Notes: generated by a model from the letters alone, not told the origin. DNA of 64,000 nt from Dehalococcoidia bacterium (GCA_965219925.1 OZ244795.1:1031395-1095394), one strand, 5' to 3'. Positions 36,127 through 46,036 are shown, numbered from the stretch's first letter. Numbers and translations: made by a program.

Positions 36127-37320
36127 TCAAATGATCACCTCGCAGCGTCGATCGACGGAGTACTGCCCGGTGAGCTCACCCACCAACCCGTCGGTCTGGG
36201 GCTCCACGAACGCCACCTCGGGCCCGTTTTCGCCCACCACGACGAAGGCATTGAAGGCGTGCACGTCGCCGGCGACGACGGCGCAGCAGTTGTAGCCGTG
36301 GTCGCGAATCAGGTTGGAGCGCAGGGTGAGCGCGAAGTCGTCGCAGTCGTAGTTGCGGCCGCCGCTGTCCCGGATGTACTGCCGCTGGTCAACGGGATTG
36401 GCGGCCAGGTACCGCGCCATCGCCTCGCGGCTGATGGCAACGATGCGCGAGTCCATGGTGGTGCCGCTGAACAGCCGGACATCCCGCCCCAGGGCGGACT
36501 CCAGCGCCGGCATCACCTCGTGGGGCTCGTAGGCGTGGGCGCCGTCGTGGACGCTCCACTGCACCTGCGCTTCCTCGTCGTCGCTGTCGTGCACTTCCCG
36601 TGGCTGTGGCGCCGGCATGGGCGGTGTGACCGGGTCCGGAACCGGCGGCCCTTCCTGCGTGTCCAGGAAGTAGTTCCGCAGGAGGTAGAGCTGCGAACGC
36701 ATTATGCAGCGACGCGTCGGGCTGTAGGAGCCCTCCTGCGACTCCTCGACGATCTCGGGGTTGGTGGTCTCGACGACGTCGAGGAAGTCCTCTACCTCTG
36801 GATAGAACTGGCGCCAGAAGGCGACGATGTTGACGTTGTTGCGGCGACACCAGTAGCGGATCACCACGTGCTGGTTGGGGTCGAACTCGTCGACCTGCCA
36901 GGCGTAGGACATGCGCTCCGGCGCCTTCATCCAGCCATGCCGCAAGCCCATCCAGTCAGACGGCACCATTTCCGCGGTGATGTCGCGAAGCTTGCGCTCG
37001 GTGACGTAGTCATCGTAGGAGCGCCCGTCGCCCCGGTTGCACGCCACCGCCAGCTGCTGGCCCTGCCACGTCATGTCGGCGGTGGGACCGCCCATCGAGG
37101 ACCCGCCGCCGCCGCTGCCGTCGACGGAGATGCCGAACACTATGATGGGCAGGGGCGTGCGCTTCACCGGCGGCCAATCCGGACAGTCGACGGGGAATAC
37201 ATCGAGGCCGGCCTTCTTGACTCGTTTCACGTATTCGGCGACCTCGCGGTCCTGGTGGATGCAGCGCTGGTGCGCCTCGTCCCTGAGCAGGATATGGTGT
37301 GTGGCGTCGTAAGCGGTCAT
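36127..37320 (-). CDS. hypothetical phage protein with C-terminal papain-like Cys-His pattern
   Basis: 397 aa. C-terminal NYDCDDFALTLRSNL ... DVHAFNAFVVV ... VEPQTD resembles transglutaminase-like/CHAP-type cysteine peptidase folds (inference only). Confidence 0.55.
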   Translation of the reverse strand: MTAYDATHHILLRDEAHQRCIHQDREVAEYVKRVKKAGLDVFPVDCPDWPPVKRTPLPIIVFGISVDGSGGGGSSMGGPTADMTWQGQQLAVACNRGDGRSYDDYVTERKLRDITAEMVPSDWMGLRHGWMKAPERMSYAWQVDEFDPNQHVVIRYWCRRNNVNIVAFWRQFYPEVEDFLDVVETTNPEIVEESQEGSYSPTRRCIMRSQLYLLRNYFLDTQEGPPVPDPVTPPMPAPQPREVHDSDDEEAQVQWSVHDGAHAYEPHEVMPALESALGRDVRLFSGTTMDSRIVAISREAMARYLAANPVDQRQYIRDSGGRNYDCDDFALTLRSNLIRDHGYNCCAVVAGDVHAFNAFVVVGENGPEVAFVEPQTDGLVGELTGQYSVDRRCEVII

Positions 37321-37365
37321 GATCTAACCTCCAATGCTGTGTTTCGTTGCTTGCGCATCAGCGCC

Positions 37366-38436
37366 TTATTCCTCGATGCCGGACACCACGCCGGCCCGTT
37401 CCGGCGACATGTTGGCTTGGATCAGCGTGCCGTAGGCCCGCGCCCGGGCGGCGATGTCCGCCGCTGCCAGCCGTCGGAAGGTGAAACGGACGTCGAACTC
37501 GAACTTCTCGCTCAGTTCGGCGGCCAGCAGATTGGCCAGCGGCAGGATCCCGCCGGTGAGCAGCTGCCGGTAGGCCTCTCGCAGCGCGCCGCCGTCGCCG
37601 GCGTAGAGCGCCGGGGGCACTCCCAGGTCGCCCATCACGGCCAGGGCGGCGGAGTCGCGCAGCACGATGTTGGATGGCGGAATGTTGGGCCCGAAGCGCT
37701 TCACATCCCAGTCTCCGGCCGGCGCCGCCAGTCTGCCCTGGCCGAATCCCCGCGACGTGGTCTCCGTGATCGCGATGTTGCCGGCGATTTTGCCCAGGTC
37801 ATCGCGGATCTTCTGCACCCGCTTGGTGGGCGTGGCGTCGGGCACCGGCAGCAGATAGCCCACCCGGGCGTTTGCCTCCTGCTGCAGCCGCCGCTCCATG
37901 TTCGCCAGCTGGCCGGCCGTGAATCCCGCGTTGACCAGCGGAGACACTCCGTGCCAGGGTTTGGCAAACGTGGCGCCGATGCGGTAGTGGACCACGCCGG
38001 CGCCGCCGATGTCGCGCACTTCGATCATCCCGTCCGGTGAGTCCAGGTTCACCTGATAACGCCAGCTGGACGGGCGTGTCCCGCCGGTCATCTCGTAACG
38101 CGCCGCCGGCGTGAGTTCTATTTCGGCCACCTGCGTCAGGTCGATGGCCAGCACGGCGTTGCCGTGGAGCAGGACCTGCCTGGCGACCATCGCCAGCAAC
38201 CCCGGACTGACCGCGGGCACCGCGGGATGCACGTCGGCCAGCGCGAAGCCGCGGCTGAGAACGCCCACCGCGAACTCGGCGGCGGCGGTCTTGGCGACTT
38301 CCGCGTTGCCACCACCCGCGAGCTGATTGGTCAGCGTGTCGAGCACGTCCTCGGTAACATTGCCGCTGCTACCGCCGGCGTCGGTGGTGACGGTCTCGAC
38401 GGCTCGGGTCTCCCAGGGCCAGCGTAGTGTGATCAT
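37366..38436 (-). CDS. phage portal protein (HK97-family-like)
   Basis: 356 aa. Sits next to TerL/HNH. Conserved-looking blocks WHGVSPL, GVPPALY, LREAYRQLL, C-terminal ERAGV. Confidence 0.75.
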   Translation of the reverse strand: MITLRWPWETRAVETVTTDAGGSSGNVTEDVLDTLTNQLAGGGNAEVAKTAAAEFAVGVLSRGFALADVHPAVPAVSPGLLAMVARQVLLHGNAVLAIDLTQVAEIELTPAARYEMTGGTRPSSWRYQVNLDSPDGMIEVRDIGGAGVVHYRIGATFAKPWHGVSPLVNAGFTAGQLANMERRLQQEANARVGYLLPVPDATPTKRVQKIRDDLGKIAGNIAITETTSRGFGQGRLAAPAGDWDVKRFGPNIPPSNIVLRDSAALAVMGDLGVPPALYAGDGGALREAYRQLLTGGILPLANLLAAELSEKFEFDVRFTFRRLAAADIAARARAYGTLIQANMSPERAGVVSGIEE

Positions 38437-38440
38437 AGTC

Positions 38441-38713
38441 TCACCCTTCCCGTTCGGTCTCGGCTACGCGCTGCCGCCATTCCATTTCGCCGGGCGTCTG
38501 CTTCCTGGCGTGCGCCTCCAGGTGGCAGCCGCGGCACAGCGTCGTCAGGTTGAGCAGCTCGTTGCCCCCGCCTTCGTGCAGCGGCTTGACGTGGTGGCAC
38601 TCAAACAGGCCGGCCTTGTGGCATTTCGTGCAGCGGTAGCCGTCACGCTCGAAGACCAGGAGGCGCAGCTCGGCCCACAGCCGGTTGCCGGTTTCACGGT
38701 GATGCCGGCTCAT
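38441..38713 (-). CDS. HNH endonuclease
   Basis: RDGYRCTKCHK...ECHHVKPLHEGGGNELLNLTTLCRGCH. Confidence 0.85.
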   Translation of the reverse strand: MSRHHRETGNRLWAELRLLVFERDGYRCTKCHKAGLFECHHVKPLHEGGGNELLNLTTLCRGCHLEAHARKQTPGEMEWRQRVAETEREG

Positions 38714-38714
38714 C

Positions 38715-40352
38715 TCAGACCGTCGTCAGACCGAAGCCGGTCTCACCGTCATCATCATCATCATCGTCAACTTCGTCGAAGTGGCGCCGGAGGCGCTCGC
38801 CCATGGCCACCGCGAGTACCGCAGCGCTCAGCGGGTCGATGCGGCCGCGCCGACGACGTTTGTCCAGCTTGAGGTTGCCCGCGGCGTCGTACTCCAGCTG
38901 GGACTCCAGGATCGCCGACTCCAGGAGCAGGTTGCTGGGGGCTTGTATCCGCTCGCCGTACACCGCGCGCTGGAAGGCCACCACGTCCTCGTTGCCGTCA
39001 CGAAACCCCTGCCCTCGCCATTCCAGGTAGCCGGTCCAGTTTTCCGGATCCAGCGAGTCGAGCACGTCCTCAACGCTGGCCTGTTTGTAGCGGTCGGCGG
39101 CGATCCCCTCGATGGCGGAACCGGCCAGCCGGTCGAACAGGTCCTCCATGAAGGGCAGTACCGGCGTTTCCCGCCAGCCCTCATAGACGGTGAGCTCGCC
39201 GCGGCGCGCCTGGGCGACGTACCGGGCGCCGACTCCGTCCGCCTGGCCGCGGGCCTCCAGCGTAGGGGTCCCGCCGACGCCGGCCCAGACGTCCAGGCGC
39301 TTGGTCAGCGGGTAATAGGCCGCCGCGCCGGTGAAGCTCTTGGCGCCGCCGAGGTCAAGCCCGACAAAGCACGGCCCTTCCGCCGCCGGCAGCTCGTCGA
39401 CCACGCATTTTCGCCAGTCTGCCACGTCCACGATAACCTCCTGATCCGGTTGCCCAACTGAGTTGAGTTCCATGGTCCGGAAGTGGACCATGTCCTGCGG
39501 GCTGGCCAGGGCCTTGGCCAGAGAATCCCGCATGTAATTCAGGCTCTTGATCCCGCTGGCCAGGCCGGGGTTGGCCCGGTGCCACTCGGCGGTGTCGGAT
39601 GGGTCCGCGTCCTGCTCGCACGAGTACTCCTGCCAGACGACCTGAGGCGTATCACGCCTGGCCCGCACCTCGGTGAACATCGGGCTGTGGCCACGAATCG
39701 AAATCATGAGCATCCGGCCGTCGCGGGCGGACATGCTGGAGTAGCAGGCGTTCCACAGCGGCCGCTTTTCCTCGCCCAGCAGGCCGGCCTCGTCGATGAT
39801 CAGCTCGTCGCAGCCCACGGCGTGGCCGGTGCTCTTGTCGGCGGCCAGGAAGTCGACCACCGCCTCGTGGTTGCCCTCGATGTGCCCCGGCGTGGGGGTC
39901 CGGTACATCTTGACGCCCTTGAGTCTCGACACCTTGGCGATGTGGTCCATCGCCTTCCACAGCTCGGACGCCAGGAGTCCGGTGACGCTGACCACAATGC
40001 CGCGGAAGTACGGCCGGTTCAGCGGCCCCACCATCCGGCCCAGTTCCCAGGCGGCGATGACGCCGGTCTTGCCGTTCTTGCGGGCCACGCTCAGCGCCGC
40101 TTCCCGCACTCCGGGCGCCATGGCCTCCACCAGCCAGTCGTACTGCCAGTCGTGGATGCGAAAAGGCTGACCGGCCAGGGGCCCCTCGGCGATGACCAGC
40201 GTTGACTCGGCCCACATCCGGAACTCGGCGACGGCTTCCACTGCGTCGGCTGCGCTGTGCGCCTCCGCGGGGGCTGTAGACTCCTTGATGAGCTCGAGGT
40301 CGGCCGCGCGGCGGCGATCATATTCTTGGCGGTCTCTAGGGTTGATTGGCAT
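38715..40352 (-). CDS. phage terminase large subunit
   Basis: 545 aa. GQPFRIHDWQYDWL, Walker A-like ARKNGKTG, Walker B ELIIDEAG, C-terminal nuclease-like half. Confidence 0.85.
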   Translation of the reverse strand: MPINPRDRQEYDRRRAADLELIKESTAPAEAHSAADAVEAVAEFRMWAESTLVIAEGPLAGQPFRIHDWQYDWLVEAMAPGVREAALSVARKNGKTGVIAAWELGRMVGPLNRPYFRGIVVSVTGLLASELWKAMDHIAKVSRLKGVKMYRTPTPGHIEGNHEAVVDFLAADKSTGHAVGCDELIIDEAGLLGEEKRPLWNACYSSMSARDGRMLMISIRGHSPMFTEVRARRDTPQVVWQEYSCEQDADPSDTAEWHRANPGLASGIKSLNYMRDSLAKALASPQDMVHFRTMELNSVGQPDQEVIVDVADWRKCVVDELPAAEGPCFVGLDLGGAKSFTGAAAYYPLTKRLDVWAGVGGTPTLEARGQADGVGARYVAQARRGELTVYEGWRETPVLPFMEDLFDRLAGSAIEGIAADRYKQASVEDVLDSLDPENWTGYLEWRGQGFRDGNEDVVAFQRAVYGERIQAPSNLLLESAILESQLEYDAAGNLKLDKRRRRGRIDPLSAAVLAVAMGERLRRHFDEVDDDDDDDGETGFGLTTV

Positions 40353-40526
40353 ATATACACTTAGTGTTGAGATAAAGACTTCTGACAGGCGGATTTTAGT
40401 TATGAGTTACCTCGCACGCGCGAGCGGTACTCCCCCTCCGGCCCCCACGCCGTCGCGTTGATTCTTGCTCAGGGTTCCCTTAGGCACCTACGTCAGTTGG
40501 CCGACCCGTTCGCGCGCCGCCAGTTG

Positions 40527-41702
40527 TCACAGCGAGTACACGTAGACCCGATCTGTGATCTCATCCAAGACGTAGATGTCGATGCCGTCGCTGCTGATGC
40601 CATTTGGGCCGCTGTTGGCCGGGGCCAGCGCCCAGTTGGATAACGCCGCCCCTCCTGACGAGTACACGTAGACCCGATCTGCCCCGCCATCCACGACGTA
40701 GATGTCGGTGCCGTCGCTGCTGATGCCATTTGCGGCGCTGTTGCCCGAGGCCAGCGCCCAATTGGATAACGCCGCCCCTCCTGACGAGTATACGTAGACC
40801 CGATCTGCCCCGCGATCCACGACGTAGATGTCGGTGCCGTCGCTGCTGATGCCAAATGGGGCGCTGTTGCCCGAGGCCAGCGCCCAATTGGATAACGCCG
40901 CCCCTCCTGACGAGTATACGTAGACCCGATCTGCCCCGCGATCCACGACGTAGATGTCGGTGCCGTCGCTGCTGATGCCAAATGGGGCGCTGTTGCCCGA
41001 GGCCAGCGCCCAATTGGATAACGCCGCCCCTCCTGACGAGTACACGTAGACCCGATCTGCCCCGCCATCCACGACGTAGATGTCGGTGCCGTCGCTGCTG
41101 ATGCCAAATGGGGCGCTGTTGGCCGGGGCCAGCGCCCAGTCTCTCAGCAGCTCATATTTCAAAACAGTGCGGAGCCGTCGCCATGCTCCGCCCGATTTCT
41201 GGGCAACGTAATTGGCGTCGGTGCGCGACCAAACATCGCCGTCCGAGCCATCGGCGGCAACTGGGTTGCGGTTCCCGGTGCGGAAGTTGCCGATAATCAG
41301 GCCCTGAGTGAAATTTACCCGTTCCGCCTGGGCTATCGTCAACAGAAAGCCGCCGCTCACCAGCAAATCACGCCCCAGCTTCTTTTCCCCGTAAATGGTG
41401 GCGTCGCCGGTGCTGTTTGCGCCAAGCAGGATGCTGCTCGCAAGCGAAGGATCTCCGGCCCAAACTGCCAGCGTTCGGAAGTCGTCATATGCCTGGGCAT
41501 CGTTGGTATCGATGCTGGCGAACTGAATTTCGTTGCCGGTCAGCATATAGGCAATCGTCAGTTCTCTGACGACCGTGCCAATATCGGTAATCCCAACCAG
41601 GTTGCCCAGCAAGGCATCGCTGCCCAGCTCCATATGCGTCGGGTCGAAATGGCCCGAGAATAACGCGGCCGATCCCGCGTTGGTCAATGCAAGTATAGGC
41701 AT
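40527..41702 (-). CDS. tail fiber / receptor-binding protein with C-terminal beta-propeller-type (NHL-like) repeats
   Basis: 391 aa from the MPILALT start (1-nt overlap with the upstream stop). The C-terminal half is 5 tandem 42-aa units WALASGNSAPFGISSDGTDIYVVDRGADRVYVYSSGGAALSN. Confidence 0.65.
   Translation of the reverse strand: MPILALTNAGSAALFSGHFDPTHMELGSDALLGNLVGITDIGTVVRELTIAYMLTGNEIQFASIDTNDAQAYDDFRTLAVWAGDPSLASSILLGANSTGDATIYGEKKLGRDLLVSGGFLLTIAQAERVNFTQGLIIGNFRTGNRNPVAADGSDGDVWSRTDANYVAQKSGGAWRRLRTVLKYELLRDWALAPANSAPFGISSDGTDIYVVDGGADRVYVYSSGGAALSNWALASGNSAPFGISSDGTDIYVVDRGADRVYVYSSGGAALSNWALASGNSAPFGISSDGTDIYVVDRGADRVYVYSSGGAALSNWALASGNSAANGISSDGTDIYVVDGGADRVYVYSSGGAALSNWALAPANSGPNGISSDGIDIYVLDEITDRVYVYSL
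40540..41145. repeat. 126-bp tandem repeat, about 4.8 copies, inside the RBP gene
   Basis: Units 40615-40740, 40741-40866, 40867-40992, 40993-41118. Units 2 and 3 are identical at every base. Confidence 0.9.
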
Positions 41703-42808
41703 TAGGTCGCCACCTCCGTGATTTTGAATCCGCCGTAGGCATAGACCGGCGGGAACCGGACGCCGACGATGTTCCCCTTTACCACCATCCCCACCCGCAC
41801 CCGGGCAATGGTCTTGTGCCAGCTCCACTCCAGAGAAGCGATGTAACCCGACCGGCGCTCACCCTCCAAGTCAACGGCGATAACGGCCCCCAACCGCAAC
41901 CGTCGCGCCCGCTCGTACACAAAGGGCCGGTTCACCGTCAGGGTGAACGTCAGGTAGGTCAACCCGAATTCATAGGCATCGAAAATCCGTTCGGCCAATG
42001 CCGCCCGATTGCCGGATCGCAGGCCGCCCAGGACTTTGAATGACGAGGGCAATGTCCTAACCTGGGATGACGATGACGTGCTCGACGCGTACTCGGTTCC
42101 CTGCAGGGCCACGGCATTGACTAGACTCTGGTCGTTGAATGACAGGTCGTAACTGTCTTTCAGGTCGGAGGCGTCGAAAACATGGGAGCCGGAAATGGTG
42201 CCAATATCACGGATCACCTGCAGCCCGCCGTTGCGCAACGGCAACATCCGCGCCGGCGGACCCGCCGTGTTCAGAATGGCTTCCATCGCCGTCAATGCTT
42301 TGGCGGACACCTCCCAATTGGAAAGGGTTTCGCTGAAATCCGCTGCCGCTATCTGACGAAACTTCGCATCGGTCGGCCAAGCAGCCGCTGTCAGCACATC
42401 CCCCAGCGCCGCGGCATAGGAGTGATTGGATACCGACGCAACGGCAACCGTTTGCCGCAGCCGGTCAAATGTGCCCAACGCCGGAACGTCTACCACGGTT
42501 CGCCCCCAATTGGGAGTGTCATAATCCGGCGACGTCGTGATGCCGCGGAACCAGTCGTAAGTGCCTTGGTCCTGCTTCACTCGCACAATCACCAGCTGGC
42601 CTGCCTGATACGGCCGACTGTCCGCGCCGACGATATATCGAGCGGTGAAGCGGCTGGGCTCGGACCGCTGGAACGGGCGTGCCTCGTCCTGCCCCTCCCG
42701 AATGTCGACGGACTGCAGCAACCCCGTGGCCGCGGCGGGCACCGTGTCGGTGAAGTAGTCGCCTCCGGCCGGGGCGCCGATGTATATCTCTGGATAGAAG
42801 TCCGGCAT
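41702..42808 (-). CDS. phage tail protein (distal-tail/Dit-like by position)
   Basis: 368 aa, immediately downstream of the tape measure with a 1-nt overlap. Confidence 0.55.
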   Translation of the reverse strand: MPDFYPEIYIGAPAGGDYFTDTVPAAATGLLQSVDIREGQDEARPFQRSEPSRFTARYIVGADSRPYQAGQLVIVRVKQDQGTYDWFRGITTSPDYDTPNWGRTVVDVPALGTFDRLRQTVAVASVSNHSYAAALGDVLTAAAWPTDAKFRQIAAADFSETLSNWEVSAKALTAMEAILNTAGPPARMLPLRNGGLQVIRDIGTISGSHVFDASDLKDSYDLSFNDQSLVNAVALQGTEYASSTSSSSQVRTLPSSFKVLGGLRSGNRAALAERIFDAYEFGLTYLTFTLTVNRPFVYERARRLRLGAVIAVDLEGERRSGYIASLEWSWHKTIARVRVGMVVKGNIVGVRFPPVYAYGGFKITEVAT

Positions 42809-45354
42809 CAGTCAATCCGCTCGGAGCGCTGGGCTTCGGCGTTGCCCCGAACCACAATCTCTTCCATCGTGCGACGACCCACCTGCAGCTGCACCACAAT
42901 CGGCCGGCCAATGTCTTCCCCGCCGCCTTTCACGCCGCCGCGCCGCAGCGAATCCAGCAGCCCGGGCGGCAGTGGGAATATCCCCTCGTCGGTCCGGTTC
43001 TCGCCCACGCGAATCATCCGGCCGAGGGGACTGCGGACACCGCGGACCAGCGATCCGTGCTGCGAGCCGGGGATGGTGTCGTGGCCCAGAGCTTGGTCAA
43101 CCGCGTCCTGGAAAGTGTCTCCCGCCGGCTGGGTTAGCTCTTCATTGTAGTAAGCATTGCCAGAGTCATCGAGATAAAGGTCCTGTGAATTCCCCGACGT
43201 GCTTTCGTGCGTAGAAATTGTGCCATCATCGTTGAAAGTAACCCCGGCAGTTCTGACACTGCCGTCGTCTTGTATGTCGCCGCCCCCGCTGAAGGTGCCG
43301 CGCACGTCGCTGTGCTTCGTGATCACTTCGACCACTTTGGGCGTCTCGATCTTCTCCAGCTCCGCGTTGATGCCGGCGCTCAGCACGCCGTACTCGGCGA
43401 TCAATGCTGCCGCGTGCGCCTGCAGCGCGGCCAGCTCCGCCCCCTGCGCCGTCTTGATCTTCTCGCCAACAGCGTCGATCTCGGCCTGGGCAGCGTTCAG
43501 CCTATCCTGCAGGCTGGCTGCATAAGCGGTATCCCGCTGCGTTTTGAGGTCGGCCAACTGGGCTATTAGAGCCGTTTTCTCATTGCTGTCTGCGGTCTCA
43601 ATCTGAGTGGCGATGGTCGCGATGTGAGTATCGAGCGCGGCCACCAAGTCAGCACGGTGCGCCACATCCGCCGCCGCTTGGGCGATCTTGGCATCCGCAT
43701 CGGCCTGGGCCAGCTCTCTGATGGATCGATTCTGCTCGGTCTCCATCTTGAGGTTATGCGCTAAGAGCAAGGCGAGATCGTCGATGCCGAACTCCTCGGC
43801 TTCCCGTATCAGATCCGCGTACTGTTTTGCGGTCAGCTTCTTGATGCGGCCCTGGGCGAGCTTGTACTGGACTTCGGTAACACCGAATGACTTCAGCAAA
43901 GCGGCGTGCGAGTCATCGCGGAATTTCTTGTTGGCGTCCTTCCGGTCCTGCAGGGCCTTGGCTTCGGCTTCGGCAATCTCGTCGCGGATCGCCTTATCCG
44001 CGGCCATCTGGTCGCGGGCCGCTTGGAGCCGCCTCTCTCCCTCCGCTTCCAGATCCCGGGTCAGTTGCTGCTCGGCCTTCAGCACCTCAAAAGCAGCGGA
44101 CCTGGCGGCCTTCGCCACTTCGTCCGCCATGGCTTTGGCGGCGACCGCTGTGGTTTCGGCAGCGCCCACCACCGATGTGGCCATATCGTCCATCGACGTC
44201 GCCAGGCCATCGGCTGCCTCCTCAGCGATCTTCACGTTATCCGCAAAATCCAGCATGTCGATCTTGCTGACGCCCGGAAGTTTGGCGATGGTGGCGTTGT
44301 AAATCCGGATGATCCCGTTCATCACGGTCTGGGCAATGTGCTGCACCGTCTGCCAGGCTCCGGCGAAGTCGCCGGTCAGCACCTGCGATACGAACTTCAG
44401 GACGTCGGCCACCACAACCAGGACGGTCTTGATGTTCCCGCCGAAGATGCTGGCGAACGTCTTTAGGATGGGTATGAGAATCGGCCCCATCACCCGCGCA
44501 ATGTCCTTGATCGGCGGAAGCAAATCGTCGTTGAAGAACTTAACGACGTTGGTGAGGATCGGAATCAGCGCCGATCCGATGGAGGTGGCCACCCCCTTGA
44601 AACTGTCCTTCAGTTTCGTGACCTGTTCAGTGAAAAGCTTCGCATCGGCGAGCTGATCTTCAGTCAGGAAATCCCCCGTCTTCTCGACAGTTTCGAGCAG
44701 CGCGGCAAACTCGCCATTCGTCATGTTGACGATACCGGCCAGTTTCTCACTGCTACCGCCAAAGATTTCCTCGGCGGCGACGGCTCGGTTGGCCACGTTG
44801 GGGATCTTCTGAATCTCGGCGACGACGGCGCGCCAGGCCGCCTCCGGCTCCATCTTCTGAAGTTCCTCGGCCGACAGCCCCAGGGCGTCCAGCGCCTCCT
44901 TGGCACGGCCCCCGCCGGTGAGGGCGAGTTCGCCCAACTGCAGCTGCAGCTCCTGGGCCGTGTCGGTAACACCCTCCAGGCCATCTTCGGAACCGGCGCG
45001 GTTGGCCGCCTCCGCCAGTTTCTGCAGTGCCTCGCCGCCGATCCGGCTGCGCTCGATCATCGGGCGCAGTTCTTTCTCCGCCCTGACAACCCCGGTGACC
45101 ATCTTCGTCAGGCCACCGACCACGAGGCCGATGCCTGCGGCCGCCAACCCCGCGGGGCTGGCCAACGATGCCAATGCGCCACCGAACACGGGCACCTTGC
45201 CGGCCGCGCCCTGAATCTTCTGCTGGACTCGCCCGAACGCCCCGCCGATGCCCTTGGTGGTTTTGTCGGCTTGCCCTTTGGCGTCGGCCAGCCCCTTTTT
45301 GAATTTCTCGCCGGCCACGCGCAATGTGAGCGTTGCCGACCCTAAATCCGGCAT
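42808..45354 (-). CDS. tail tape measure protein
   Basis: 848 aa. Long Ala/Glu/Lys-rich helical protein with hydrophobic glycine-zipper segments, preceded by a chaperone pair. Confidence 0.85.
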   Translation of the reverse strand: MPDLGSATLTLRVAGEKFKKGLADAKGQADKTTKGIGGAFGRVQQKIQGAAGKVPVFGGALASLASPAGLAAAGIGLVVGGLTKMVTGVVRAEKELRPMIERSRIGGEALQKLAEAANRAGSEDGLEGVTDTAQELQLQLGELALTGGGRAKEALDALGLSAEELQKMEPEAAWRAVVAEIQKIPNVANRAVAAEEIFGGSSEKLAGIVNMTNGEFAALLETVEKTGDFLTEDQLADAKLFTEQVTKLKDSFKGVATSIGSALIPILTNVVKFFNDDLLPPIKDIARVMGPILIPILKTFASIFGGNIKTVLVVVADVLKFVSQVLTGDFAGAWQTVQHIAQTVMNGIIRIYNATIAKLPGVSKIDMLDFADNVKIAEEAADGLATSMDDMATSVVGAAETTAVAAKAMADEVAKAARSAAFEVLKAEQQLTRDLEAEGERRLQAARDQMAADKAIRDEIAEAEAKALQDRKDANKKFRDDSHAALLKSFGVTEVQYKLAQGRIKKLTAKQYADLIREAEEFGIDDLALLLAHNLKMETEQNRSIRELAQADADAKIAQAAADVAHRADLVAALDTHIATIATQIETADSNEKTALIAQLADLKTQRDTAYAASLQDRLNAAQAEIDAVGEKIKTAQGAELAALQAHAAALIAEYGVLSAGINAELEKIETPKVVEVITKHSDVRGTFSGGGDIQDDGSVRTAGVTFNDDGTISTHESTSGNSQDLYLDDSGNAYYNEELTQPAGDTFQDAVDQALGHDTIPGSQHGSLVRGVRSPLGRMIRVGENRTDEGIFPLPPGLLDSLRRGGVKGGGEDIGRPIVVQLQVGRRTMEEIVVRGNAEAQRSERID

Positions 45355-45356
45355 CG

Positions 45357-45794
45357 CTACACCACCTGCACGTTCATGCCGGCCGCCGCGAATTCACGGG
45401 CCAGCTCTTCCAGCGTCGGCATGTCATCATCCTCGGCATTCCCCGACAGGCGCGCGGCGGCCTCCTCCCAGTCGGCGATCAGGTTGCTGGCGTCGGTGTC
45501 TCGCATGCGCCCCATGGCCAGCCGCGTTACCGCGGTCTGCTCCAGGGCTCGGTGAGCGTCCAATGCCCCCAACAGGTCAATCCCCCGCTGGAATACGGTG
45601 ATTGGGTGCTCGTACAGCCACGTCCACATGCCGCCGCCGAAGTGTTCCGCCAGGAGTGCGGCTAACCTCCCAAAGTCGATCTCATCCAACGGCGTAGGCG
45701 TTTCATCCGGCTCGGCTTCGGGCTTGAACGGCTCATCATCGCGCTGCCGCTCAAGCCCAACACAAAAGACTCCCGGGCCTCCCACGCCTCCCAA
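45357..45794 (-). CDS. tail assembly chaperone, -1 frame extension (T-like part)
   Basis: Overlaps 45662..46036 in the -1 frame and ends 2 nt before the tape measure start. Confidence 0.5.
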   Translation of the reverse strand: MGGVGGPGVFCVGLERQRDDEPFKPEAEPDETPTPLDEIDFGRLAALLAEHFGGGMWTWLYEHPITVFQRGIDLLGALDAHRALEQTAVTRLAMGRMRDTDASNLIADWEEAAARLSGNAEDDDMPTLEELAREFAAAGMNVQVV

Positions 45795-46036
45795 AGCGTC
45801 ATCGACCGCACCAGTTCTTCCGACAGGGCATCAAAGAAGATCTGCGGCATCAGGGCTACGCACGCGATGGCCTGCTCCGACTCCGTGGTCGCCTCCGCCA
45901 GCGCCTGGTCGTCGCGGTTGAGTTCCAACCACTGAATGAGGGTGAAGTCCACCGGGCTCTTCAGCCGGTAGCGCAACCCCCGCAGCTTGTACCGCGCCCG
46001 GGTGGGCGCCAGCTGTTCCATGCGCAACGCTTCCAT
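45662..46036 (-). CDS. tail assembly chaperone (G-like)
   Basis: 124 aa between the major tail and tape measure genes. Confidence 0.6.
   Translation of the reverse strand: MEALRMEQLAPTRARYKLRGLRYRLKSPVDFTLIQWLELNRDDQALAEATTESEQAIACVALMPQIFFDALSEELVRSMTLWEAWEARESFVLGLSGSAMMSRSSPKPSRMKRLRRWMRSTLGG

Noticed and set aside
36124-38040. 638-aa plus-strand ORF
   Set aside because: It is antisense to the portal gene and the 397-aa gene. The translation is compositionally biased (Gly/Val/Ala/Arg/His) with no motifs. The minus-strand genes have RBSs, coupling and recognisable families.
40540-41145. Diversity-generating retroelement (VR/TR) explanation for the RBP repeats
   Set aside because: There is no reverse transcriptase anywhere in the window. 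The few differences between units are not adenine-specific. The copies are tandem blades rather than a distant template/variable pair.
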